NCBI GenBank assembly: GCA_025839675.1
Contig: CP104013.1
Span: forward strand, 1,740,001 to 1,772,000
Origin: Candidatus Lokiarchaeum ossiferum
GTDB lineage: Archaea; Asgardarchaeota; Lokiarchaeia; Sigyniarchaeales; Promethearchaeaceae
DNA length: 32,000 nucleotides
Direction: 5' to 3'
In this document: positions 7,724-17,445 of the stretch, piece after piece
Numbering within the stretch: position 1 is the stretch's first letter
Layout: every line of letters starts with the position of its first letter
Position numbers and translations under genes: made by a program
Notes under the pieces: model-generated
Seen by the model: the letters and a program-made list of their open reading frames with translations, nothing else
Databases searched by the model: none
What the model was told of the DNA's origin: nothing

Positions 7724-8698
7724 TTATTCTCTTATCAAATAGTCATCTATATTATCTGAAAGATTCAAGACTTCCCGAACAATATTGGGAAATTCAGATT
7801 TTTTTTCTTCAGGTTTATCAATAAAAATTTTCGCAATTGAACGATAATAATCATATAATTTTGTGTTCCCTATATTTTTTAGTTTTGTAGAAAAGGAATA
7901 CAAATTGGTATAGGCTGTTTGATAATTGAGTTCAAACAGAGATTTTCCATGGCCAGTTTCGACAGTTTTTGATAATGAAGCTTTTGCTTTTGACAAGAAA
8001 TAAGCCATTTTTTCTTTTGTAGATTTTAATTCAGCCATCAATTTTCTGCGTTTTTCTTGAAGTTCCTTAATTTTTTCTTTGTTTTTTAATTTATGAAGCA
8101 CAACTTCCATCGAATTTACAATTTCAAGTTTTTTAAAGATATTAGTAGATTGCTTTAGTCTTTCATCTAAAAAGGTAAGTTCATTATTGTATTGAGTTTT
8201 TTGATCATCCTTTAATTCAGGAAGATTTTTCATAATCTCGTTTAAGAACTCATTTTTATTATCTATGATAGACTTATTTCCCGAGAGATTTTTGAAATTT
8301 GACATAATCTGAAGAATTTCGAGATCTAAAACACTAAATCGAGAACGATCACCATCCCAATCCTTAAATAATTCTTTCCGGTGTTTTAATATGTTAAGCA
8401 CTTTTGTTCCAAATTTTTTTAAAGATTTTTCATCGGCTTTATCCGCTAAAATGACGAGTTCTGCATTTACATCTTTAATTTTAAAAATCTTTACTACAAA
8501 ATTTCCCATATCAATTCCGGCCAGACTTTTTTTATCTTGATCTTGGGTACCTTGCAAAATCATTTCACGTAGAAAACTTTGTATGGCAGAAAAGAAGGAA
8601 GAAAACAATTCAGACTTGAGATCTATATCCCTGTCAAATGATTTCTCCCAAAGTAATAATCCCGATTTAATTTGATAAATAAACATCCTATACAACAT
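7724..8698 (-). CDS. Longin/roadblock-superfamily-like N-terminal domain fused to a long helical (coiled-coil-like) C-terminal region
   Basis: The N-terminal ~130 aa follow a beta-beta-alpha-beta-beta-alpha pattern ('MLYRMFIYQIKSGLLLWEKSF', 'LFSSFFSAIQSFLREM', 'NFVVKIFKIKDVNAELVILADKADEKSLKKFGTKVLNILK'). The C-terminal ~190 aa are K/E/L-rich helical sequence ('KIKELQEKRRKLMAELKSTKEKMAYFLSKAKASL'). No TM segment. Confidence 0.5.
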   Translation of the reverse strand: MLYRMFIYQIKSGLLLWEKSFDRDIDLKSELFSSFFSAIQSFLREMILQGTQDQDKKSLAGIDMGNFVVKIFKIKDVNAELVILADKADEKSLKKFGTKVLNILKHRKELFKDWDGDRSRFSVLDLEILQIMSNFKNLSGNKSIIDNKNEFLNEIMKNLPELKDDQKTQYNNELTFLDERLKQSTNIFKKLEIVNSMEVVLHKLKNKEKIKELQEKRRKLMAELKSTKEKMAYFLSKAKASLSKTVETGHGKSLFELNYQTAYTNLYSFSTKLKNIGNTKLYDYYRSIAKIFIDKPEEKKSEFPNIVREVLNLSDNIDDYLIRE

Positions 8699-8851
8699 TT
8701 ATAAATACCTTTCTTATATTTGCTCTTCTCTTGTTTTGTATTATTTAAAAATATGTTGAGCGAATATTTAATTGTTGCTACAGAATTGTGTAATATAACT
8801 CAGATTAATGTACATCAAATTATTTCTATATGATAAACGAACTAACCAAAT

Positions 8852-9448
8852 TTAACTTGGAATTGCCCGAATTATTTCACTAGGAGTGATGATAATATCA
8901 ACAGGGACATCTTTAGAGTGAACAGCCAAGGGAAAGTCCATTACAGTAAATTCGAAGGCAAACGCGATTTTAATCCCTTGAAATTTTTGTAGCAAAGAAT
9001 CATAATATCCTGCTCCATATCCGTACCTTCTTCCCGATCGATCAAATACAGACCCTGGAACAAAAATTAAATCAATATTTGTTAGAGGAACACGATGTTC
9101 AATTCGAATTTTGGGTTCCATAATACCATAAGCCCCTTTTTCAATATCATCAGTTAAATTTTGAATGAAATAAAGATCTAATGCAATTTTTTCTGAATCG
9201 CAACGAGGCAAAAATAGTCTTTTATTTTTCATGGAAATAATTTCTGCCAACAAGGAAGATGTATCAAATTCACCAGAAGAACTCTTTCCATAATAACCCA
9301 AAATTGATGAAGCGTTCTGAAATTCAGGTAAGTCAAGTAAATAAAACTTGATGGTACTAAAAGCGAGATTTCGATCTAAAAGAGAAGTTTGATTTCTTTT
9401 CTGAAGAATGGCTTTTCGTAATAACTGAGGTTCCCTTGGCAATTCCAT
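8852..9448 (-). CDS. 5-formyltetrahydrofolate cyclo-ligase
   Basis: Family-typical size (198 aa) and motifs: 'ILGYYGKSSSGEFDTSSLL', 'GIMEP', 'VPGSVFDRSGRRYGYGAGYYD'. Confidence 0.8.
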   Translation of the reverse strand: MELPREPQLLRKAILQKRNQTSLLDRNLAFSTIKFYLLDLPEFQNASSILGYYGKSSSGEFDTSSLLAEIISMKNKRLFLPRCDSEKIALDLYFIQNLTDDIEKGAYGIMEPKIRIEHRVPLTNIDLIFVPGSVFDRSGRRYGYGAGYYDSLLQKFQGIKIAFAFEFTVMDFPLAVHSKDVPVDIIITPSEIIRAIPS

Positions 9449-9537
9449 ATGTCAATTATCTATCAACCATTATTTTTTAAAACTTTGAAAAAATGATTAG
9501 GAAGCAAAAAAAATCTCATGAAAAAATGTCGACTAGT

Positions 9538-9831
9538 TTAGCCGATTAATTCTTCAATTTCTTCCATTTTTTGAAGAACTTCTTTGCCCTTGTCGGTTAA
9601 ATATATTACTTTTTCGTTGTTGTCATTTAATTTAAATTTGATTAGCTGAGATTCGAGTAAATTCTTCTTCACACGAAGGTATGCATTGTAGTAACTCTCA
9701 GATTCTTCAAATTTTTCAAAGAACTTGCTTTGGACGGCTTCTTGTTTATCGAAGGCACCCAATACCTTTAATGTTTCGCTAAATCCACGTTTCTTCATCA
9801 TCTGGTAGAATTTGTTGCTCATATTTTTCAT
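9538..9831 (-). CDS. Small winged-helix-like DNA-binding protein (97 aa)
   Basis: 'YNAYLRVKKNLLESQLIKFKLNDNNEKVIYLTDKGKEVL' resembles the recognition helix, wing and 'LT.kG' pattern of MarR/PadR-like wHTH proteins. The call is weak. Confidence 0.4.
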   Translation of the reverse strand: MKNMSNKFYQMMKKRGFSETLKVLGAFDKQEAVQSKFFEKFEESESYYNAYLRVKKNLLESQLIKFKLNDNNEKVIYLTDKGKEVLQKMEEIEELIG

Positions 9832-10309
9832 TCCATTTTGTTTTGGGAGGTTGAACCCTCCTGCATTAAATGAGTGTTTTCAAGTTATAAGTGAAAAGAC
9901 TATAATATTATTAAAGATAGTTTGAAGTTTTAATATTATGACAATTTTGGTTTTTTTATGGATTGCTTCAAAATAGTTTGACAAAAATGGTTTAAATAGA
10001 TATGATTTAGTTGGATTTTGTCGAGGAGAAAACCAAAATAATAGATGATAACGAGAAAATTCCATATAAGTTAATAAAATCCGAAGTTTTAATAGACGAT
10101 ATGACCAACTGGAATAACAATATTCCTTTTGATCTAAAAAAGAACTGGGAAAAAAGTTGAATATTATATTCAAAAACATCTATTTATATCTAACTAATGA
10201 AAATTTTGGTCATTTGACAAAGGATTTTCTATGAGTCATTCTGTTTTTCTATGAAATTAGTTAAAATTTTTCATTACTGGATTGAAAGAGAAAGAGAAAA
10301 AAAGAAAAT

Positions 10310-11947
10310 TTAGTGTCGAAAGACGCGTTTTCCACAAAAGGCGAGTGATATTTTTAATTCATTCGCTTTTTCAATGACTAAATTATCTCGCATAGAACCA
10401 CCGGGGTTCAAAATTGCTTTACAGCCAACTTCAGCAGCAGCAACCAAACCATCAGGGAATGGAAAGAAACTATCGGTTCCCATGACACTATCTTTTAAAT
10501 CATGACCAAATTCTTCAGCTTTTGAAATCGCAAGTTTAACTACATGAACTCTGCTTTGTTGACCCGCCCCAATGCCCAAAGTATAGACACCTGTATCATA
10601 TTCACGAGCAAATACAGCCGAATTTGATTTCGCCCATTTACAAGCCCGATATGCAAATATTAATGCTTCTTTCTCACGATCTGTGACATTCCTTTCGGTT
10701 TTCGTTTCCCATTGTTTAATTATTGGCAGCCAATCGTAATCTTGGACTAGTACTCCTCCAACAACACTGCGAATTTCTGGAAGATCATAACATTCTTCTC
10801 GTTTCTTGAGTAAATCGTCAAATTGAACAACCCGTAAGTTATCCTTAGTTTTCAAAATTTCCAAAGCATCTGCATCAAAACTTGGAGCGAGTAACACCTC
10901 CACAAACACTTTTTTCTCCAAAATAACGTATTCGGCAACTTCCTTAGTTAATCGTTGATTAAATCCCCAAATACCCCCAAAAGCTGAAAGTGGATCACAA
11001 GAAAACGCACGTTTAGTCGCTTCAAGTTGGGATTGATAGTCCACAGCCAACCCATTAGGTGTTGTGTGTTTAAATATTGAACACACATAGTGTTTTGAAT
11101 GATCTTGATCAAAATCCAAGAGTACTTGAATACAAGAGTCGATATCTAACCAATTATTGAATGAAATAGCTTTTCCATGGAGTTGAGTTAAATTTTGTAA
11201 ACCTGCAGTAGCGGTCGTATCGCGATAATAATATCCTTTTTGTTCCCAGTTTTCGCCGTAACGACATTTTTGGACTTTTTGATAGAGTTTGACTAGCAAT
11301 TCTGGGAATTGTGTTTCGTCAACGCTTGGATCCATAGAATTATATTTTTCAGAATAGGTTCGACCAAGATAATTAGCGATAGTCGCATCATACAATGCCA
11401 TGGTTGCGAAAACTTGTTGAGCTAATTCCATACGAGTTTTATCCGACACAGCCCCTTTATTTGCATGCATTTCTTGCAAAACTATATCGTATTTTGAGGG
11501 ATCACTGATCACAGTTACAGATGGAAAAGATTTAGCAGCGGCTCGAATTTGGGTAGGTCCACCAATGTCGATCATCTCAATTGCTTCTTCCAAACTGGTT
11601 TCTGCTTTGGCAATTACTTCATTAAAAGGATACAAATTACACACGACTAAATCAATTGGCTGAACATTGAATTTTTCCGCATCCGATACATCCTTCGGAT
11701 TATCACGCCTCATTAATAACCCTCCATGAATCCGTGGATGTAACGTTTTTACCCGTCCATCAAACATCTCAGGTGATCCAGTATAATCAGAAACTTTTGT
11801 ATAAGGTATGCCCGCTTCTTCAAGTTTTCGAGCAGTTCCCCCAGTCGATAAGAGTTCGATGTGAAAATCTTCTACTAATTGACGTGCAAAATCAACAAGT
11901 CCAGTTTTATCAAACACACTAACTAATGCACGATTAATTGGTTGCAT
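10310..11947 (-). CDS. purH: Bifunctional AICAR transformylase / IMP cyclohydrolase
   Basis: 'ALVSVFDKTGLVDFARQL', 'LLSTGGTARKL', 'GRVKTLHPRIHGGLL' (IMPCH/MGS-like domain) and a C-terminal 'GIGAGQQSRVH' (AICARFT domain). 545 aa. Confidence 0.93.
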   Translation of the reverse strand: MQPINRALVSVFDKTGLVDFARQLVEDFHIELLSTGGTARKLEEAGIPYTKVSDYTGSPEMFDGRVKTLHPRIHGGLLMRRDNPKDVSDAEKFNVQPIDLVVCNLYPFNEVIAKAETSLEEAIEMIDIGGPTQIRAAAKSFPSVTVISDPSKYDIVLQEMHANKGAVSDKTRMELAQQVFATMALYDATIANYLGRTYSEKYNSMDPSVDETQFPELLVKLYQKVQKCRYGENWEQKGYYYRDTTATAGLQNLTQLHGKAISFNNWLDIDSCIQVLLDFDQDHSKHYVCSIFKHTTPNGLAVDYQSQLEATKRAFSCDPLSAFGGIWGFNQRLTKEVAEYVILEKKVFVEVLLAPSFDADALEILKTKDNLRVVQFDDLLKKREECYDLPEIRSVVGGVLVQDYDWLPIIKQWETKTERNVTDREKEALIFAYRACKWAKSNSAVFAREYDTGVYTLGIGAGQQSRVHVVKLAISKAEEFGHDLKDSVMGTDSFFPFPDGLVAAAEVGCKAILNPGGSMRDNLVIEKANELKISLAFCGKRVFRH

Positions 11948-12040
11948 GAGTAATTAAATACAAAAAATAAGAAAAATTTTATGGAAGTATACCAAAAAAT
12001 GGGAAAAAATGAAAGGAATTTGCAATTTAAGATTATATTT

Positions 12041-13570
12041 TTAGCGAATCAAATCATGAGGTCGTGCTTCAACAGCCCCTGCGGGTGTAACACGCCCAAT
12101 TTCAATTTTATAGGCATCAGCAATACTTTTTGCCCCACCATAAATTAGTCCATTCTTTAATCCATCTTCTAATTGATCAAGGACTCCTTTCAAAGGACCA
12201 ACAAAGGGAATATAACCACTAACGCCTTCGGCCAATTTTTTGGATTCTTTAATATAGCGATCATCAGCATAAGATCCAACGGCACGAGCTTCTGCACTTC
12301 CCATTCCTCGATAGACTTTTACCTTTCTACCTTGTATATTATCAAGCACCCCAGGTGATTCTGTGCAACCAGCAAAGAAATGCCCAGACATAACCATATC
12401 AGCTCCAACAGCGAATGCTTTAGTTAAATCACCAGGATATTTGAATCCACCATCAGCTACGAGTCCAATTTTTGGATTATAATCTTTGATCGCATCAGCA
12501 ACTTCTGCTGCAGCAAAGAAAGTTGGAGCTCCAACACCCGTTTGAATTGCTGTAGTGCAAATTGACCCGGAACCCATTCCAACTTTTAACCCAATAAGTT
12601 TATCTTCAGGATATCCATAAGTCAGGATTGCTTCAGCGGCTTTATAAGTCCCAATATTACCAAGGACAAAAGTGGAATCAAGTTCTTTCATCATTTCCAT
12701 TGCACCTTCCAGATCTGCTTTTTTATAAAACTCTGCAACATCAGTCATCATAATATCAACAAGATGGGCCGCTTCTTTCAAATATGCTAAATCTTGACTA
12801 TTTTTGGGTAGGAATGGACTGCAACCAAGAGCACAAACGAGCCTACCTTTAGAATCTTTAGATGTGTAGGGATAATAAGGTTTTAAATCTTTTTTTGTGA
12901 TTAATCCAGCGAGAATTCCATTAGAATCAACCAAAGGAATCTTTTCTTTACGAATTTCATATAATTTGGCAAGTCCTTCTTCCCGAGTAATATGTGGGTG
13001 TAAACAGATAGGATTTTTAGTCATGATAGAATCAACCGTTCCTTCAATATCATCATTGAATGGAATATCTCTTTGAGTAATTATACCCAAAACTTTTCGA
13101 TCCCCATCCACAACGGGAAATCCACTAATACCTTTTTGTTTCATCAATAATTGTACTTCACCAATTGTAGTCTTAGGAGAAACGGTCGCAACATCTTCAA
13201 TTATAAAATTACGCGCACGTTTTACTCGTTTGACCATCTCCAACTGCTTTTTATAACTGCAATTTCGATGAATTACTCCTAAACCACCATAAAGAGCCAT
13301 TGCAATAGCCATTTCAGATTCAGTCACAGTATCCATTGCTGCAGTGCAAATTGGACTATTAAAATGAAAAGGGCCTAAATTAGTAGAAATATCGCATTCC
13401 GCGGGTGAAAAACCAGTATATCCAGGTTTACAGAGAACATCGTCAAAAGTCAATATCATATTCTGTTCAGTGATAAAGGCTTTTTTTCGAAAATCAATAT
13501 TTTTTTTAGTAGTCTCCATAGTAGTACAGATATAGGATCTCTCATAAATCTTGCGGTTTGATTGTTTCAT
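12041..13570 (-). CDS. guaB: IMP dehydrogenase with CBS pair
   Basis: '[13 protein letters not shown]', CBS-like '[22 protein letters not shown]', catalytic loop '[10 protein letters not shown]', 'VADGG'. The true start may be ATG 13519 ('METTKK...') rather than 13570. Confidence 0.92.
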   Translation of the reverse strand: MKQSNRKIYERSYICTTMETTKKNIDFRKKAFITEQNMILTFDDVLCKPGYTGFSPAECDISTNLGPFHFNSPICTAAMDTVTESEMAIAMALYGGLGVIHRNCSYKKQLEMVKRVKRARNFIIEDVATVSPKTTIGEVQLLMKQKGISGFPVVDGDRKVLGIITQRDIPFNDDIEGTVDSIMTKNPICLHPHITREEGLAKLYEIRKEKIPLVDSNGILAGLITKKDLKPYYPYTSKDSKGRLVCALGCSPFLPKNSQDLAYLKEAAHLVDIMMTDVAEFYKKADLEGAMEMMKELDSTFVLGNIGTYKAAEAILTYGYPEDKLIGLKVGMGSGSICTTAIQTGVGAPTFFAAAEVADAIKDYNPKIGLVADGGFKYPGDLTKAFAVGADMVMSGHFFAGCTESPGVLDNIQGRKVKVYRGMGSAEARAVGSYADDRYIKESKKLAEGVSGYIPFVGPLKGVLDQLEDGLKNGLIYGGAKSIADAYKIEIGRVTPAGAVEARPHDLIR

Positions 13571-13731
13571 GCCTATCTTATCTTGACCATTACTCGATAT
13601 TTAGATGATCAATTAGCTAAATATTTGATCCTAAATTGAACTCAACAAAACATTAATTACTTAAACAACATAACAAATTAATATATCACAACAAGTTACG
13701 ATCTTACATTCGAAAAATCAAAAGGGATTTT

Positions 13732-14262
13732 ATGAGTAAATTTCTATTCAAATTAATTATTGCGGGATCTGGGGGTTCGGGAAAGACCACACTACTCCAA
13801 CGGTATACCACCGGATTATTTAGTGGAGGTACCAAGATGACCATTGGCGTGGATTTCAGCGTCACAAGTTGCAAGACGTCAAAGGGAGAATCTGTAACCC
13901 TTCAAATTTGGGATTTCGGAGGCGAAGAACGCTTCAGAACGATGTTGCCAAGTTTTTGTTTAGGAGCTTCAGGTTGTTTAATGATGTTTGATCCATTAAG
14001 ACCGGCCACATTCCACGAATTAGAGGAATGGATCAAAATTGTACGAGACAACACAACAAATGTACCGATCATCCTCTTATCAAGTAAACAAGATTTGATT
14101 GATGAAGGACACACGTTTGCGATTCCAAAAATGGATGTGGATGATTTTGTTGCAAAATATAAATTGAAAGGATATTTACCTGTGTCTTCAAAAAATGGAG
14201 TAAATGTTGTTGAATCATTTACCTCAATCGCTGAAATGATGATTGAGAAAAATATAAAATAA
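13732..14262 (+). CDS. Rab-like small GTPase (Ras superfamily), no C-terminal lipidation motif
   Basis: G1 'GSGGSGKT'; switch I 'TIGVDF' (RabF1-like IGVDF); G3 'LQIWDFGGEERFRT'; G4 'SKQD'; G5 'SSK'. It ends '...MMIEKNIK' with no Cys. Confidence 0.85.
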   Translation: MSKFLFKLIIAGSGGSGKTTLLQRYTTGLFSGGTKMTIGVDFSVTSCKTSKGESVTLQIWDFGGEERFRTMLPSFCLGASGCLMMFDPLRPATFHELEEWIKIVRDNTTNVPIILLSSKQDLIDEGHTFAIPKMDVDDFVAKYKLKGYLPVSSKNGVNVVESFTSIAEMMIEKNIK

Positions 14263-14283
14263 TTATTGGATTTACAAAAATAA

Positions 14284-14291
14284 TTTTTTTT
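14284..14291 (+). terminator. Oligo-T tract (T8) 22 nt after the GTPase stop
   Basis: A run of eight T downstream of the TAA at 14260-14262. Confidence 0.3.
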
Positions 14292-14389
14292 CCATTCTTA
14301 CTTCTTTTAAACCATAAACATAGCAACCTTAAATTTTCTGAATCTTAATATAATATAGATATCAAGCAACTGATCAAGGGAAAAAATCT

Positions 14390-14938
14390 ATGGATAATAT
14401 CACAAATGATTCAGAAAAATTGCCATCACGAGAAGAAGCAATTCGCATCATGAATCATTTTGGATTGTCTCATAATATTATTAACCACGAATTGGCCGTA
14501 ATGAGAAAAGCCCGAGATATAGCGCATAACATAACAAAAATAAGTGTAGATATAGAATTGGTTAAAATTGGAGCCATAATGCATGACATTGGACGTTGTA
14601 AAACGCATGGAATGCAGCACGGGCCCGTGGGAGGCGACATCATTCGAAGTTTGGGACTTTCCGAAAAACTTGCTCGAATAGCAGAACGTCATTCCATGGC
14701 TGGAATTACACCTCAAGAAGCGGAAATGTTTGATCTACCGGATCGATGTTTGATGCCGGAATCGATTGAGGAAAAAATTGTGTGCTTAGCGGATAAATAT
14801 CATACCGGGACAATTAAAGTAACAATTGAGCAAAGATTTCAGCGTTGGATTGATAAATTCGGAGAAAATGAATTCCTTCTCACACAAATAAAACGAGCGA
14901 AAGAATTAGAAGAAGAAATTTTAGCATTAATTTTTTAA
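14390..14938 (+). CDS. HD-domain (HDIG-type) metal-dependent phosphohydrolase
   Basis: An H...HD...D pattern: 'NHELAV', 'GAIMHDIGR', 'LADKYH'. 182 aa. Confidence 0.75.
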   Translation: MDNITNDSEKLPSREEAIRIMNHFGLSHNIINHELAVMRKARDIAHNITKISVDIELVKIGAIMHDIGRCKTHGMQHGPVGGDIIRSLGLSEKLARIAERHSMAGITPQEAEMFDLPDRCLMPESIEEKIVCLADKYHTGTIKVTIEQRFQRWIDKFGENEFLLTQIKRAKELEEEILALIF

Positions 14939-14974
14939 TGATGAGTTGGTTAACTTGTTTGATGATCACTTAAT

Positions 14975-15493
14975 ATGAGCGAATATTTTCAAAATTCATA
15001 TTGGAAAAGAACGGCTCAACAAGAGTTACCTTATTTACCGACGCCAATGGATGCAATCACTTTCACTTTTGATTATTTAGATGATCTAAAAATATTAAAC
15101 CCCAATATCAGGTTAATTGATTTGGGAGCCGGAGATGGAAGAATTATTTTATATGCTGCGGAAAAATATCGCTTGCATGCTCTTGGTTTGGAAGTAAACA
15201 TAGAGTTAATAGAAAGCACAAATGAGAAGATAATTCAAAAGAAATTAGATTCTTTATGTGAAATGAGAGAAGGAGATTTCTATGATTTCAATCTATCCAG
15301 CTACGATATCATTTTTTGTTTCCTCTTGCCTACTAATCACGTTTATTTCAAACACGTATTAAAAACAATCAAATCAGGGGCTCATATTATAACCAGTAAA
15401 TGGTCTCTGGACACTTACAAAAAAGAATTCAAAAAAAGTTACATCTTGCACCCATTGAAAGATTATACAATGTTTGTATATGAAAAAGGTTAG
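14975..15493 (+). CDS. Class I SAM-dependent methyltransferase (small, substrate unknown)
   Basis: Motif I 'LIDLGAGDGRIILYAA', followed by 'ALGLEVN' and 'YDIIFCFLL' in the usual Rossmann-MTase order. Confidence 0.7.
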   Translation: MSEYFQNSYWKRTAQQELPYLPTPMDAITFTFDYLDDLKILNPNIRLIDLGAGDGRIILYAAEKYRLHALGLEVNIELIESTNEKIIQKKLDSLCEMREGDFYDFNLSSYDIIFCFLLPTNHVYFKHVLKTIKSGAHIITSKWSLDTYKKEFKKSYILHPLKDYTMFVYEKG

Positions 15494-15506
15494 TTAAATC
15501 AGATTT

Positions 15507-16022
15507 TCAACGATTTTTACCATTATTTTGCAACTTTCCAAAAGCACCACCTTGATCAAGCATTTCACGCAAAAATTCGGGGAAAGCACTAAAATTCCAT
15601 GATTTTTCTTGAGTGATATTAGTGATTTTCCCATCATTAAGATCGATTTCTAAAATATCACCATGGTTTCCAAGTTCATGAGAATTTGCAATGGAAATGG
15701 GAGGAAGACCTAAATTGATGGAGTTGCGATAAAAAATTCGAGCAAACGATTCTGCGATAAGGCAGCTAATTCCAAGTTCTTTCAAGACAAAGACAGCTTC
15801 TTCTCTACTAGAACCACATCCAAAATTTCTCCCAGCAACAATAATATCTCCAGATTGTACATCTTTAACAAAATCGGGAAAAATAAGTTCTAATGTTGCC
15901 GATAATAGTTTTTGAGAATCTTGTTCAGTTAACACCCGACTTGGAACAATTAAATCTGTATCAATAGAATCTCCCAATTTCCAGATCTTACCAGAAAAAA
16001 TTAATTTATTTGACTGTTTCAT
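15507..16022 (-). CDS. leuD: 3-isopropylmalate dehydratase-family small subunit (LeuD/HacB type)
   Basis: 'GDSIDTDLIVP', 'GRNFGCGSSREEA', 'AESFARIFYRNSINLGLP'. The start overlaps the leuC stop by 4 nt (ATGA). Confidence 0.88.
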   Translation of the reverse strand: MKQSNKLIFSGKIWKLGDSIDTDLIVPSRVLTEQDSQKLLSATLELIFPDFVKDVQSGDIIVAGRNFGCGSSREEAVFVLKELGISCLIAESFARIFYRNSINLGLPPISIANSHELGNHGDILEIDLNDGKITNITQEKSWNFSAFPEFLREMLDQGGAFGKLQNNGKNR

Positions 16023-17302
16023 TTTTTATTCCCCCATATTTTTGTATCGGGAACAGTAATATATCCATGAAGTGCAGATGCAGCAACAACAGCGGGAGAA
16101 GCTAAATACGATTGTGAATCGGGATGTCCCATTCTCCCTTTGAAATTCCGGTTGGAAGTGCTTACGCATACTTCATTAGGACCTAGTACACCCATATGCC
16201 CTCCAATACAAGGTCCACAAGAGGGATATTCAACAACACCCCCTGCTCGAATAAAAATTTCGATTAACCCTTCTTGCAACGCATCTAAATATATTTGGCG
16301 AGAAGCAGGAATAATTATGAACTTTACTGAAGATTTCACGGTTTTTCCTTTCACAATCTGAGCTGCAATGCGTAAGTCTTCCAACCTTCCATTTGTACAA
16401 GAACCGATAAAGGCTTCATCAATCTCAATTTGCCCCAATTCTTCCACAGGAATCACATTGTCAGGAGAATAGGGTTTGGCAACTAAGGGAGGAATATCCA
16501 CCAAGTTTATTGAAATATTATCACAATAATTAGAATCTTCTTCAGGATTGATAACTCTAGAATTGGGAGAAGTGTAAGAAGGATGAGTGTGAGCCATCAG
16601 CCATTGTTGTAGCAAAGCATCAGATTCGAAAATTCCACATTTAGCACCCATTTCAACCACCATATTTGAAATAGACATGCGCCCTGCGATAGAAATATTC
16701 TTTAAACCAGAACCACCAAATTCAAAACCCCTATAAATTGCACCATCTGTTCGATATTTGCCTAAAAGAGATAAGGCTACATCCTTTCCCATAGATTTTG
16801 GCCCCAAAGAACCTTCAAAAGAAATTCGAATCGTTTCAGGCACTTTAAACCAGAGATGGCCAGTAGAAAAGATAACTGAAACATCTGTAGCACCTATTCC
16901 CGTTGAAAGGCAATTGAAGGCACCATAAGTGGTAGTATGAGAATCTGATCCCACAATAAGATTTCCAGGTTGAGCAAAACCTAACTCGGGGAGTACTTGA
17001 TGACAGATACCTAAGTTTTGACCCATATTCCATTTAAATTTATATTTTTGGGCAAATTCATTGGCGACTTGATGCATTTTTGCAGCTCTTACATCGGGAG
17101 GAGGTACCCAATGATCTAAAATGTAGAATACTTTCGCAGGATCCCAGATTTTTGATTGATTTAACTTCATATATTCCGGAGCAATTCTTCCCCCTAATTG
17201 CTCATGCACCATAACTAAATCAATATCACATTCGATAAATTCTCCGGATTCCACTCGTGTTTTCCCCGCATGTTGTGCAAAAATCTGGTCACTTATTGAC
17301 AA
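16019..17302 (-). CDS. leuC: 3-isopropylmalate dehydratase-family large subunit (LeuC/HacA type)
   Basis: Aconitase-family motifs: 'GSDSHTTTYGA', 'IGSCTNGRLEDL', 'CGPCIG', 'SNRNFKGRMG'. The annotated start is TTG; see the finding on start ambiguity. Confidence 0.9.
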   Translation of the reverse strand: MSISDQIFAQHAGKTRVESGEFIECDIDLVMVHEQLGGRIAPEYMKLNQSKIWDPAKVFYILDHWVPPPDVRAAKMHQVANEFAQKYKFKWNMGQNLGICHQVLPELGFAQPGNLIVGSDSHTTTYGAFNCLSTGIGATDVSVIFSTGHLWFKVPETIRISFEGSLGPKSMGKDVALSLLGKYRTDGAIYRGFEFGGSGLKNISIAGRMSISNMVVEMGAKCGIFESDALLQQWLMAHTHPSYTSPNSRVINPEEDSNYCDNISINLVDIPPLVAKPYSPDNVIPVEELGQIEIDEAFIGSCTNGRLEDLRIAAQIVKGKTVKSSVKFIIIPASRQIYLDALQEGLIEIFIRAGGVVEYPSCGPCIGGHMGVLGPNEVCVSTSNRNFKGRMGHPDSQSYLASPAVVAASALHGYITVPDTKIWGNKK

Positions 17303-17445
17303 TTTTCATTTTTCTCCAATTTTTCTCTTAATGTTAATTACATCAAACAAATTTAAGAAATTTTTTTTAACAAATCAAGAATATATGAAACTTACCATTA
17401 AAAATTTTAATTTATTGGAAGAAAATTTTTAGGAATGAGATTAAA

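Noticed and set aside
9880-10179. 99-aa minus-strand ORF in the purH-downstream gap
   Set aside because: The translation ('MFLNIIFNFFPSSFLDQKEY...') is F/L/I/Y/N-rich, as expected from random AT-rich DNA. It has no SD, no motif and no TM-like organisation. I treat it as non-coding.
14931-14975. C/D-box sRNA-like ATGATGA ... TGATGA pair between the HD and methyltransferase genes
   Set aside because: No CTGA D or D' boxes occur at the required spacing. The first element is simply the tandem stops TAA-TGA-TGA of the HD gene.
13556-16022. Identical 'MKQSN' N-termini of the guaB ORF (13570) and leuD (16022)
   Set aside because: A five-residue match in an AT-rich codon background is most likely coincidence, and the guaB start itself is uncertain (ATG 13519 is an alternative).
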